The position numbers were made by a program, and so were the translations under genes. Under the pieces are notes generated by a model that worked only from the letters and a program-made list of their open reading frames with translations, did not search any database and was not told the DNA's origin. A stretch of DNA of 64,000 bases from Macrostomum lignano. Taxonomy: Eukaryota. Positions 45,831-57,698 of this stretch are shown in pieces. The DNA is taken from contig NIVC01000944.1 in the NCBI GenBank assembly GCA_002269645.1, positions 248,001 to 312,000 of the forward strand, read 5' to 3'. Position 1 is the stretch's first letter. The number at the start of each line of letters is the position of its first letter.

Positions 45831-48317
45831 TCTCATTGATAACATCTTCGTTTATTTTTTTCGTGCACTGTAGCAACACATTTCTAGTTTCTTGCTGTTT
45901 ACCATCTATCCTACGCCTATATCTATCCTTATAATACTTACAATAGTCTTTGTGATTCTTGAAGAAATCTGTTATGTATTGTTGTTGGAATTCACGTTTC
46001 TCACGTTGGGCTAGAGTCCTATAGTATTCACTCTCTGTTGCGGCAGTGTAAATTTCTCTAATAAGCATAAATGTTTTTTCCTCAGTTTCTAAAAATTCAT
46101 AATTCTCTTCAAAGAAGTGAGAAAACCAATTACAATTTTGTATGAATTCATTAGTGTTTTCAATTACGCTTTTCGATCGATATATTTCACCCTTTGTTTG
46201 CTTGAAAATTTCTAGTAGGTTTTTCATCTCAGCAAACTTATATTTATTCTTAAATTCCTCGGTTTTAAGATATGAATCGGCTTTATAAATGTGTTTCGCA
46301 TGATCAATGATGTCGGTATCTGTTGTATATTTACATGGGTAATTAATATTTATAATTCGTCTTTTTTCTGCATCTCCAATATTTTGTCTAAAGTCAGGCT
46401 TGTTATTACATTCGACTATCAGAGTTGCGTGTAAAACGACATTACACTGGCTTGAATATAAATTTCTAGCTTGGATAACCCCACCAACAGTTAGTAATTT
46501 TATTGATGCATTGTTCAAGACACCACTTACTTCTTGACTGATAACCAACCTCTTTTTAATAATTTTTGCTAGGGCTGGTTGTGGCATGTCTATTCTTATT
46601 GGTAAATTCAAAACATCAGGACTCAGTGGTGCTGCATAATCAGATCCTAGATTTCTAAGAAGTAGGTTGTCCTCAACCCCTTGCCATTTCCACCAGCGCC
46701 ATCAAACATTATAAAGTTTTCAACATTCTTACCCATTAGAGCTGTGGCTATAACGGATTCCCAACTCTTTCTGTTTTCTGGATCGGGATGAATTTGGTTA
46801 TGCAGATTAACAATGAACTCATAGTCGTCATCACTCACTCCAAGTACATCCGAGTAATTATATCCCACCGATTTAGTAACGTAATCGTCAAATCTATACT
46901 CGCGAAACTCACCTGTAAGGAGGTCGTATACTCCATCGTTAAACCCTAGCAAATTCCATTTCATGTCGAATTCAATTTCATTGTTAGTAAACCTCTCTTT
47001 GAACAAAGTAGTTACCTGTTTGAGTTTGTTGGCTCCTTGTATTGAATTTATATTCTTCATTGTACTCTGTAGTTTCTTTTCAAGTGCTTTTAACTTTTCT
47101 TTATCATCAGCCGCCTTCTTAATTGCAATTTCGAGTCTAGTCTTTCGGTGGTTTAACTCACTGCTAACAAGGTCTGATATTTTAAGAAATATGTCATTTA
47201 TACTACTTAGTTCTCTCCACTTATCATCATCAAAATAGTAAACACCATCGCTATTGTAAATTATATTATTCTTCTTATATTCATAAACAAAGTTGGTTAT
47301 GTTAACGTCAGTGAAATTATCATCAAGATACTCAATCCTACCATAATAATCATATTTGCTTTTCCATTCCTTATATTTACAATAATTTTCTTCACTAGCC
47401 CATTTCTTTAGTGTACCGATAGTAAGTCTGTCCTGTGCATCAGCAGAGCTGGTATTGGTGCTATTCCACACATTTTTACATGCCTCGGAATCGAACTTAT
47501 CATAATTTACTTTTGACCAATCAGTGAATACTTTGTACATTTCATCACCACTGTCTATGTCGCGGAGTATAAGTGCTACCTTGTACCAAGAATCATAGTC
47601 TTGGTTTTTGTGCTGTATTATACTTAACAACTTTGAAGCTCCTTCACAAGTGGGTGGTTGAACGGTGCTTTTTAGTGCCTGTTTATCGGGTTCTTGGTTT
47701 TCTTTTTTATCCTGTGGCTTTATTAATCTATTTATCTCATCAAGAATTACAACTGGCATGTCTATTAAACATTTGGACTTTGTACGTTTGTATTCCTTAA
47801 TTTCACCATCGACATAATAGAAACCTGGTGGAGCAAATACTAAGGCGGGAATATCAAAACCCACACTTTGTTGAATCGTTACTTTCAATCCATCTACCTT
47901 GTTAAAGTAAAAGTGATGACCCTTGTTTGTCTGAACAATCCAATCACAATGAGTCATACACAGTTCATTCAACTCAGGGCATAGGTCAGCATTATCAATA
48001 TCGATTATGGTTATATTTGAGTTTCTAGTATCTATCCAAATCATGTTGTCTACATCTGGTCGAAATGGTGGTGAGGTTGAATTCCTATCTGCTTTGGTTG
48101 GCATTCCTGATGGTATTTTTTTCTTTGTTTTACTATTCCATGTTACACTGCAACTTCCGAATCTAAAATTAAGTTCTCCATAGAGATTAATTAGTTTATC
48201 GTACGATTTTGTTTGTTCTAAATTTGTCAATCTTGGTGGTGGGGCATCATGGTTTTGAAGCGGATCCTGTACGATCACAGGAGAGAAACTTGAATCGTTT
48301 TGATTTTTTCTTTCGAT
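45808..48317 (-). pseudogene. Prim-pol/PriCT-2/D5-like superfamily 3 primase-helicase; frameshift at ~46680, start codon possibly mutated to ATC at 48317
   Basis: IIDID, QTNKGHHFYF and VFAPP (prim-pol); YDSWYKVALIL...WSK...KFD...W (PriCT-2); LLGFNDGVYDL (D5_N); GAGGNGKG (Walker A); KRLVISQE (Walker B); QARNLY; RRIININY. Confidence 0.9.
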
Positions 48318-48362
48318 TTTATTTAAAATAAATTTAAATATATTAATTTAAATTTAAATTTA

Positions 48363-48669
48363 ACTTATTTTTAGTGATTTTCAAAATGAGTGAGGGCATG
48401 AGGGCGAGGGCACCCCCCCTTTTTAAAAGTATAAAAATTCCGGAAAATCTGTGTTCTGTGAAATATTCCACAAGCCAATGCCCCCACATGCCCTCACCCT
48501 CAACACCCTCACTCACAGATATATATATATTTACATATCACACCCCACTTGAATCCATGACCTCCTGGTAGTAGTAGTATGTTATAAGGGGCTGAGTCAT
48601 CCAGCGAGCTGGCGCGCAATGCGCCCGAGCAATTAAGTGTGGCGCAGCCCCTTATAACATACTACTACT
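48363..48669 (-). repeat. Right terminal inverted repeat of the Polinton-like element
   Basis: Matches 34710-35017 in reverse complement. Confidence 0.95.
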
Positions 48670-49307
48670 GCTGTCTGCTTGTCGGGAGGCAAATAGCATT
48701 ATATATATGAGCGTAACTTGGGAGTTTCGCAACTTAGAGATGCGGCATTCGCTCGGTAAAGCTATGTGCTCTTCAACAAACAAAATACAAGCTTCCGAAG
48801 CTCACCTTTAATATCGCCAAACATAGCAAGCAATTATATCGTTGGAGAAAGTGAGTACATGAAAATTTGATCGTGTTGTTACCTTTTTGTTAGATGCCGA
48901 TCATTCTAATCTTTGTAGCCCTTGAATGTTCAGATATGCTCAGCAACATTGAAAAGTTGCCGCTCTATGCGCCAGTGAGCAATTTCTCTTGGACCATTCT
49001 GAAATAAAAGACTGAAATAAAAGACGAAAAAACTGATCGGGGTAGCTTTAATCCGTCCAACCCTCGCACACCGCTCCACCACTTCATTCCACAACTCAAG
49101 TCTTCCGTCGCGTAGCTGAGTTGCGTCACTCACAAATATTGAGAGACTTTACCTACACTCTCAAAAGTGGCCACCACGGACGAAATCTTCTGTGATGGCG
49201 ACTTTTCGATGTTGCTAAGTATATACCATTGACTGTTCAGATATGTCTTTGAGTAGTAGGCATGATGACAGTTCCAGGCCAAAATTGTCAAAATCCCCCT
49301 TAGATCC

Positions 49308-49670
49308 ACATCTACTAATATCTATTGACACATAATGCGCTTACATCTAAAATCAGCTGACACCATGCAATACCTACAGCCGCTTATCTAAAAGGGTGAT
49401 AAAAAAGTCAACCACCCCCTTCCATATAACAACCTCAGATCAACATCTACTAAAATCTATTGACACACAATGCGCCTACATTAAAAATCAGCTATCCCAA
49501 TGTAATATCTACACGTCTTTATCGAAATTGGAAAAGTGCAAAACTACCCCTTTCCTAAAAATCAACATATACTAAGACCTATTCATACACAATGCACTCA
49601 CATCTGAAATCAGCTATCACCATGCAATACCTACAGCTGCTCATCTAAGTGGGAAAACCAGTCTCCCCCT
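49308..49670. repeat. Three diverged ~125-135-bp tandem repeats
   Basis: ACAT(C/A)TACTAA..CTATT.A.ACA.AATGC...ACAT...AAATCAGCT at ~49308, ~49443 and ~49565. Confidence 0.75.
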
Positions 49671-50037
49671 CTCCTCATAGCTCGTACATTTCTACACAGC
49701 AAGTTCCAAGCTCTCGCTTTCCACGTTTTTACGTAAAGTCAATCCATGGTAGCTCCATCTTCAGAGTACGGTTAATTCACGATATTTCCACGGTAATTCC
49801 ATGGGTTTGCCTAGCAGAGATTAGGTCCATGTTCAGACGGTAATTCCACAGAATTGCCGTGGAAATATCGTGGACTTGCCAGGCAGAGAGAGCAAAGATA
49901 TACCAATCTAGCCTCGCCTCTCCTCATGCAAATACATTGAGAGAAATTGGAGACAGAAAAAGAAAAGGCCCACTTGAAAGCGCATGCGAGCATACATTGT
50001 AATCATGCCTACTACTTCTTTGACTGTTGACATGCCA

Positions 50038-50415
50038 TTATATGCCATTGACTGTTCAGATATGCCATTGACTGTTCAGATATGCCCTTGACTGTTCAGA
50101 CAGGCCATTGACTGTTCAGATATGCCATTGACTGTTCAGATATGCCATTGACTGTTCAGATATGCCCTTGACTGTTCAGACAGGCCATTGACTGTTCAGA
50201 TATGCCATTGACTGTTCAGATATGCCATTGACTGTTCAGATATGCCATTGACTGTTCAGATATGCCCTTGACTGTTCAGATATGCCCTTGACTGTTCAGA
50301 TATGCCCTTGACTGTTCAGATATGCCCTTGACTGTTCAGATATGCCCTTGACTGTTCAGATATGCCCTTGACTGTTCAGATATGCCCTTGACTGTTCATA
50401 TATGCCCTTGACTGT
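50038..50415. repeat. 20-bp minisatellite ATATGCC(A/C)TTGACTGTTCAG
   Basis: About 19 copies. Confidence 0.97.
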
Positions 50416-51018
50416 TGTGGGAGCCGATGCAGTCTGAAAGTTTATTTGGGGGTGTCAAGATAAAGATGGTGTGCTGGGACTACATTGCTCTGCTTGATCA
50501 CCCAGAGCACCTATTACCGAGTTCTTTGCAATATTTCTTTGTAACCTTGTTAAAGTATGGGTCTGAAAGAGATTACTGTGACTCAGCGTCCATGCTTGTA
50601 TCTCTATCATTCACGAAAGTTCAAGTGCACAGCCTTCAGCATGCGTTCTGGCATGCTCTTGATGATGGGTTGGCCTGTAAGATGGTGTAAATTCTGAATC
50701 TGTCACCAAATAGTAGAGAAGCATAAGATTATAGGAGTATTAAAAGCATATCAGAAGAAGCAAGTAAGTGACACTTTCCATCGCCAGGTTGATACTTAAG
50801 AGTTTCAATGTCACTTTGGATTCAGGAAAATAACTCGGTAGAGTTAAGTCTTGTTATGATAACTACACATAAATTAATTTGATTCTAATGACACTTCAAT
50901 GCCAGCGCTCAGGAGCATGATTTCTTATGATCGATCGAACATTTCCCTAAGCCACAAATTCATGAAATGGCGTCCATCAAGCATTCTCAGCAAGCTACAC
51001 TCATCATCTGAACTGCAG

Positions 51019-54000
51019 ATGCAGATGCAGAAGAGGCCGACGCCCTCATCGTCGGTGGAGTCAGCGTCAGATCAAACTGCTCAGCATGCAGCCCGAATGG
51101 ATTACAAAGCTCAGCAGCTGCAGCAGCAGCAGGAGGAGGAGCTTCGAGATAATAATTTTATGGAGCAGGCATTTCCACAGAATCCTCAGCTGAGGCACAC
51201 ACTGCAGCAGTCTGTAAGTGATGAATGCAAGTTGATGATACTGGTATTTAAATTGAGTTCAGGGGCGTCGCCACCGGGTGGGGACAGGGGGACACGTCCC
51301 CCCCAATGAAAGCTATGGGTGGTCACATGCATATGCTTTGTCCCCCACCCCACCTTGTGACCCGTTGTGGAAATCAATAACTTTGCTTCAGAGCACCAAA
51401 ACGTTAAACCTTTGGCGTTAAAATGAGTGCTTGCAGCTCCAAAATGAGTGCTTGCAACTCCAAAACGAGTGCCTGTTGCGCTAAATTGATAAAATGAGTG
51501 CATGCAGCGCCAGGATAAGCGCTAACAACACCGATTTTTAAAATAATGCAGGAATTAAGTGAATTGACTCATGTACGGCTCATAGAATTCTTGGCTTTGC
51601 CCCCCCCCCACCATAAAATCCATGGCGACGCCCTGAGTGAGTTTGTCATTGCGAACAAATAACTACAACAATGAATTACGATGAATTCATATCAGTATTT
51701 CATATGATGAATTATAATAAATGATAAATTTCAGATGACAATGGCTGCTCAAAACAACAGACGCGATCAGTCAGTGATGGATGAAATCAATCGTTTGAAC
51801 GATTCCATTGATGAAGCCATGAGAGACAACCCACAGTTAGTAGCAGCGATCGATGAAGTTGTGCAGGAGGAGCCGGAGTTCGTGCAGCTGCTTGAAGAAG
51901 AACAGAACGAAGCTGGGAATAAGATTTGTCAAGCTGATTTGCTTTTTGCTAAAGCAAAGGGCCGAGACGGCATGTACCCGTATATTGACAATACTAACTC
52001 GCATCTCCTTGAACCTGGAGTGGTACTTGGATTCAAATACTACGGAGTGAATCACAATGGTATTTTGGAGTCAGTAGATAAAACTAAACCTCTGACAGTA
52101 ACGGTTATTCATTATGGCCGAGATCCTCTGAATAGTCCCTGTCGCATCATTCGAGAGAAGATAGAAGTAAAACTTGATGGAAGAAGCTTTTGGGTTGACC
52201 TTCATCCGATGAAGAGCTGCTATCCGAAGCAGACTGTCATCGCCAGAGCCAGGAGCAGGCTGAATGAGGCTGATCATTCGGTCCTGACTAATCGCGCAAG
52301 TCACTTTTCCAAGTGGTGTAAAATTATCAGTCCAGACAACAGAGCGTGCTGTAAAGTGCCAATTTATGTGAATGACGCACTGCCTGTACACGAACTGAAA
52401 TCGGGAGACCATCTGCAGATTAAATCGGACGGAAAGCGGATTCATTGCGAGATCATTGATGTTCAAAACGTTGGTGCAGTCCCTGATACAAAGCGTGTGA
52501 CAATGAACACACTGTCTGAGGACAGGACATCACTGACACAGATCACTCGTGATGTTACTCTACGAGATAAAAATGTGAAGCTCATAGTGCATAATGATGT
52601 GACACAGGACTGTGAGCTGCATGGAGGAGGATATGAGCAACCCAAGTACACAGCTGAGAAAGTCACTGATGTATCAGTGATTAAAAGAGGCTGCGTGATC
52701 AGCAGAAGATCAGGCACAAGTCAGCCATACTCACATTATGTTGTGATTGCTGTTCATGATCAAAATGACAAAGAAATCGACCAAACGCATGACCGAAACA
52801 AGAAAATGAAGTTGACAGTTATGACATACGCGATCAAATTCAAAAGGTCATTTGATACTCAGTTTGAGATTGTGCAAATGCAACTTGACCTTGACAATGT
52901 AAACAAGGACGCAGTTTACTTGATAAAGTACCAAGCGATGGAGCGCACCCGCTGCTCACCTGATGAAGTTGTGAGCAGAGCATTGTCTCGTGAAGGCGAG
53001 CGCGAGCATGACATTGAGTTGAACAGCAGCCGAGACTTTGCCAGATGGTGCAGCATCAAGCATGCGAGTAACAGAGAGCAGTGCAGAGTGAGAGTTCATT
53101 CAGCTCAGCAGCTGCTGGACTTTAACAGAGGGCACATTCGCTTCCCACGTTTCAGTGTTGCCAATAAATCTGTGTATGATCATCATGCACTGATGTGTCA
53201 CTGTGAAACAGTGGCTGGTCACTGTGATCTGGTTCGTGTGACACTTTATGAGAATAACAGTGAGTTAAAGAGAGTGAGAGCAGAGAACTTGAGCATTCCA
53301 GCAGATCAAACTGTGACTAGATTTATTTATGATGGAGCAGACTGTAACGATTTGAGTGACAGGTATGATTCTGTGATGGGTCTAAAATTCATTGATGCAG
53401 CAAACAAAATGAGCAGTGCTGACTTCTGCTTTTGGTTGAGAACTGGAGGCAGCTTCAGTGACTTGTTGGCTATAAAAGATAAACGCAGGTCGAGGCCTGA
53501 ATCACTGCAGGAGAGAGTAGTCAAAGGAAATGATTTGAGGGACTCAGACCATATAAAACTTGTCAAAAAAATACACGGCAAAGAGCAGGAAGTACATTAT
53601 GTTCTGACAAGCTGGGATCAGCCGTCGCAGACTTGGAATGCAGTGACTTATGAGTTTGAGGAGGATCACAGTCTGCAGTTAGGAGTCAGGCGGGTCACGG
53701 GAATTCTGCAAATCAATGAGAACAGCAAAGTTGATAAAGTTGTTCACAACCGGGAGATTGACTGGATCGAAGTTGAGAAGAAATTCAATGAGCTGCGTGG
53801 GATGCAGATCTACGATCTGAGGTACTTCAACTGTGAGCATCTTGTGAATTATCTGACTCTGGGACGCAAGTATTCAAGGCAGTGGTACGATGCAATTAAG
53901 AATTCCGCTCGTGCTGGCAGCCGTTCCAATGAACTGATGAAGGTGGTGAGGGCGGTGTTAAAGATTCTGACAAAAGTATCACCTGAAACAGAAGCCACAG

Positions 54001-54332
54001 TTTCTTTTATTCCGGATAAGGGCACTGTAGTCTGTGAATCAATTGCCATTGCAATAGCTGTTGCTATGTTTATCATCAAGCTGATCAGAATAACTCGCAA
54101 TTATTCTCGCAACAGAATGTCTGGCAATGAGTTTCGTGTTGAAAGGAAGAGAGCGATATTCCTGTTTGTAGCTGCAGTTGCTGGAGTGATCACAACTGCT
54201 GTAGTGATGACTGCATCGCCTCATTTCGTACTTGGCTTCCTCTCCACTGTGGCGATCGCGGCTGCTCTTGGTCTTGGAGCAGCCGGCTTATGTCGTGCGC
54301 CAGCTGCATACCGAATGATGACTGAGCCTTGA
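51019..54332 (+). CDS. Tandem LRAT/H-NC (permuted NlpC/P60)-domain protein with C-terminal transmembrane helices; Q-rich exon ending at 51213 spliced to the long exon 51735-54332
   Basis: Five repeats of a GDH...H...A.SR.G....Y....NCEHF-type module; only the last has YFNCEHL. Phase-0 TCT|GTAAGT...TTTCAG|ATG junction. The 5' start of the upstream exon is uncertain (50899 or 51019). Confidence 0.7.
51260..51635. mobile_element. Probable MITE in the LRAT-gene intron
   Basis: Inverted ends CAGGGGCGTCGCCA / TGGCGACGCCCTG; no clean TSD seen. Confidence 0.55.
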
Positions 54333-57052
54333 CTGTTTGCATGTGCTACGACCTGCTGCTGTGCATCTCCTGCAGCTGAATTTTGGTGACTGGAAGAGGG
54401 GGTGGCCGGGGTCAGAAAAATGTGAGCCAGCTACCATGCAGACCATTTCACTGACATTTTTTGTTAACTTCCAAATAATTAGCGATTGAGTTATTAGTGA
54501 ATGGTAGGGTTAAAGGGAACAGATCGACTTTGTGCGAAATTTTCAATTTCTGAGAGCTGCTTATATCGCTTTTGAATAGAACATTTTTCAGCGTTAGAAG
54601 AATCTATCATCTGTGTTGGTTGTACCTTCATTAGTTACTATAGTTACGAGAATTACGACCGAAGAGAGTTGATAGTGAGCTGGTCTGGGAAACAATTTTC
54701 GATAACGAATTTTGATAAAAAATTGCTCTAAATTTGTCACATGTTTGGTCCCTTGATTTCTGTGCCAGCAGATGTCGAAATGCGTCGAAAATAAGGAATT
54801 TTACAATGAAATCACAAAAAACGGAAATTCGACAGCACTTTTGTATTCGAAAAATGCCTAAAAGTAACTCTATAACGGTTCTTTCTAGGGAAAATGTAAC
54901 CTGAATAAAGCAACTGCTCAATGCAGCAAACAATATAATTTACGTTGAAGTGATTAAAATCACAGGAAATTTATTGAATAATATTTGGATTTTTGTTTAA
55001 ATGCGTCAATTTTTTTCTGCCCCCTACTGTCAGTGATGTACTTGTAATTGTATTTCATTGTATGCTCACCTCAAGGACTTCAGTGGTCTTTGGCTCACCT
55101 GCACCCCAGCCACTCCATCCTGGCCCAATCATGTACGTTGCGATTGCTATCGATTGCTCAGCCCCCCCTCGCCCCTCACTTGACTGACGCATACTCTATA
55201 TATAATATGCTTCATGATAATTTTGACCAATACAAGTTTTCTATCGACGCATGTAAATTATTAAATCTAAATACCCAATTCAATTAAGTACTTATAGAAG
55301 TACAATATTTTGTTTTTTTTGTAAATGTCTCGAAAACTTTGCATATAAACCTGCTATAGCGAAAATACTCTCATATATATATATATTGATTTACAAAAGG
55401 ACACCTTACATGTACATGCACGGACTTTTTGAAAAATAGGGGAGCAAGAATTTTTCAAAAATTGGATAAATAAGGTACATTTTGATTTTCTTAATTGAAG
55501 TTTAGGATGCCTATATTTCTGCAATGGTGGTAGCACATACTTATAGCCACATGCTTAAGTGTCATTTTGTAGAAAAAATTTTTCTGTATAATTAAAAGTA
55601 AAAACCTGAAAAAGTTGTCTTTTGTTTAAATTCACCAGTTTCGAAAATAAAGAAACTATTATCAATGTCCTGACCCTATTTTGAACCTTTAATTTAATTC
55701 AATGTTACACATTTCCGAGACTCTTACTTTTATCGTGTCAATTACGTTCCAGTGTATACCAGAAAAGTGTTGTGTCGTGTAACTTGACCAACTTAATGAT
55801 AAAATTATTACGCGGATATTTCTACTATAAGTATGATGTAACGTAAATGCAAACTATATTAATATTATTCTTGTCTTTTACTTATACGGCCACTTTAAGT
55901 AGAGTAGTTGATAAATTATCTGTATAATGTATTATTAATCACGTGACATCTCTGGCTCTTTAATTTATCGATCGTGCAGTTTTTCTAGTGCGTGGATAAA
56001 ATATCTATTAGGTAGTTTTCTTATGACTAAAATATAAATAAAGCACTGTGCGCACCTAGCACTTTACTTTGCAACTACAACTGGAAACTTCAAGTCTCGT
56101 CTACACAACAAAAAGCATGGAAAAGTTGAAATAAAATGTCTGTTCAATTTTTATTCTAGAAATCTACAAATTGTAGAATTTGTAAAATATTACAAATGTA
56201 ACGGAAACAAAATGTAACGGATTTTGTTACATTTGAAAAACCCTAAAATATATAGTTCTTCTTAAAAATCATAAACTTTGCATAAACCTATTGAGAAAGT
56301 ACTCTCATGCGCACTACATCTATCAATTATCAACTACCATTGTCATTTATTGATGGACAAAACGTCATTACATGTATGTCATTTATCAACTATCAATCGC
56401 CCACCGCTTCTTTTGGCCCCTTATAAAGTCGGATGTACAGCGATGGATGTAGAATGCACTGACTGCCAGACTGCCAAAATCGGTTGTCACATACATATAC
56501 ATGTATGTCGCCCGCTACATCAATTGCCTTCACTTTACACAGCGCTTCATCACAGTACACATTGACTTTCATGTAAGTCAGTCTGCTAACGTTACCCTAT
56601 GCTATAATCGACGCAGATCCACGGCCACTCTACGGGCCACTCTACGTGTACCTACTCATCATGGTAGATGTACACATGCTGGGTTGAGGCTGTGCCAAAT
56701 TGCTGACCATCACCATGTCAGTATGGCCGTTGTGAACCACTTGGTTTGCGCAGCTTTGGTCCGCCGCTTACGTTGATCACAGATCAAGGGGCCCAATTTT
56801 GTTCAAAGCTGCATGATGGCCAATCTGGTGAACCTTCGAATTCTTGGAGTCCACTACATACGCACATCAGCCGTTTAACTCCAAGGCTAACGGTATGACT
56901 GAGAGAGTCTAGTACACCGCACTTTTAAAACTAGTTTAAGTTGGTTGGTCATTGTTGGTTAACTCAGCTATACAGCTATCGCGTCTTGTTTAGCCTGCAG
57001 ATCAATCCGGACGATAATGGCTCCTCGCCGTACTAATCTGTGACTGGCGATC

Positions 57053-57515
57053 TCGCTTATCCAGCCGCTACATGTTTATATGATGACAGAGGTTACTTAT
57101 CCAGCCGCCACATGTATATATGATGGCAGAGGTTACTTATCCAGCCGCTACATGTATATATGATGGCAGAGGTTACTTATCCAGCCGCTACATGTATATA
57201 TGATGGCAGAGGTTACTTATCCAGCCGCCACATGTATATATGATGGCAGAGGTTACTTATCCAGCCGCTACATGTATATATGATGGCAGAGGTTACTTAT
57301 CCAGCCGCTACATGTATATATGATGGCAGAGGTTACTTATCCAGCCGCTACATGTATATATGATGGCAGAGGTTACTTATCCAGCCGCTACATGTATATA
57401 TGATGGCAGAGGTTACTTATCCAGCCGCTACATGTATATATGATGGCAGAGGTTACTTATCCAGCCGCTACATGTATATATGATGGCAGAGGTTACTTAT
57501 CCAGCCGCTACATGT
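57053..57515. repeat. 40-bp minisatellite ATGGCAGAGGTTACTTATCCAGCCGCTACATGTATATATG
   Basis: About 11 copies. Confidence 0.97.
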
Positions 57516-57698
57516 ACAAGACAAAAGCGAAAGCTTTCTGGCATGTCAGTTGCAGTTTTGCGTATCTTCAGCAAATTTTTTATTGGAAGAATTATGAAAT
57601 CGGGAAAATCAGGAACTGCACCGCTAATCTATTTACACGCGAATTCCGCACGCGCATCGGAGCCACGCGAGAAGCGGGCAGTCCGCACCGAGCGCCCG

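Larger units (their letters stand above)
34710..48669 (+). mobile_element. Endogenous Polinton/Maverick-like (adintovirus-like) virus, 13,960 bp, termini complete, coding regions decayed
   Basis: 6-bp TSD GCTGTC at 34704-34709 and 48670-48675; termini AGTAGT...ACTACT; ~308-bp TIRs; densely packed, intronless, AT-rich ORFs for integrase, capsids, protease and pPolB. Confidence 0.95.

Noticed and set aside
34710-48669. Contaminating viral or bacterial contig
   Set aside because: The perfect 6-bp TSD and host-like flanks on both sides indicate a true integration.
50899-51309. Stand-alone polyQ gene
   Set aside because: Better explained as an upstream exon of the LRAT gene (phase-0 donor at 51214); the ORF tail runs into a MITE.
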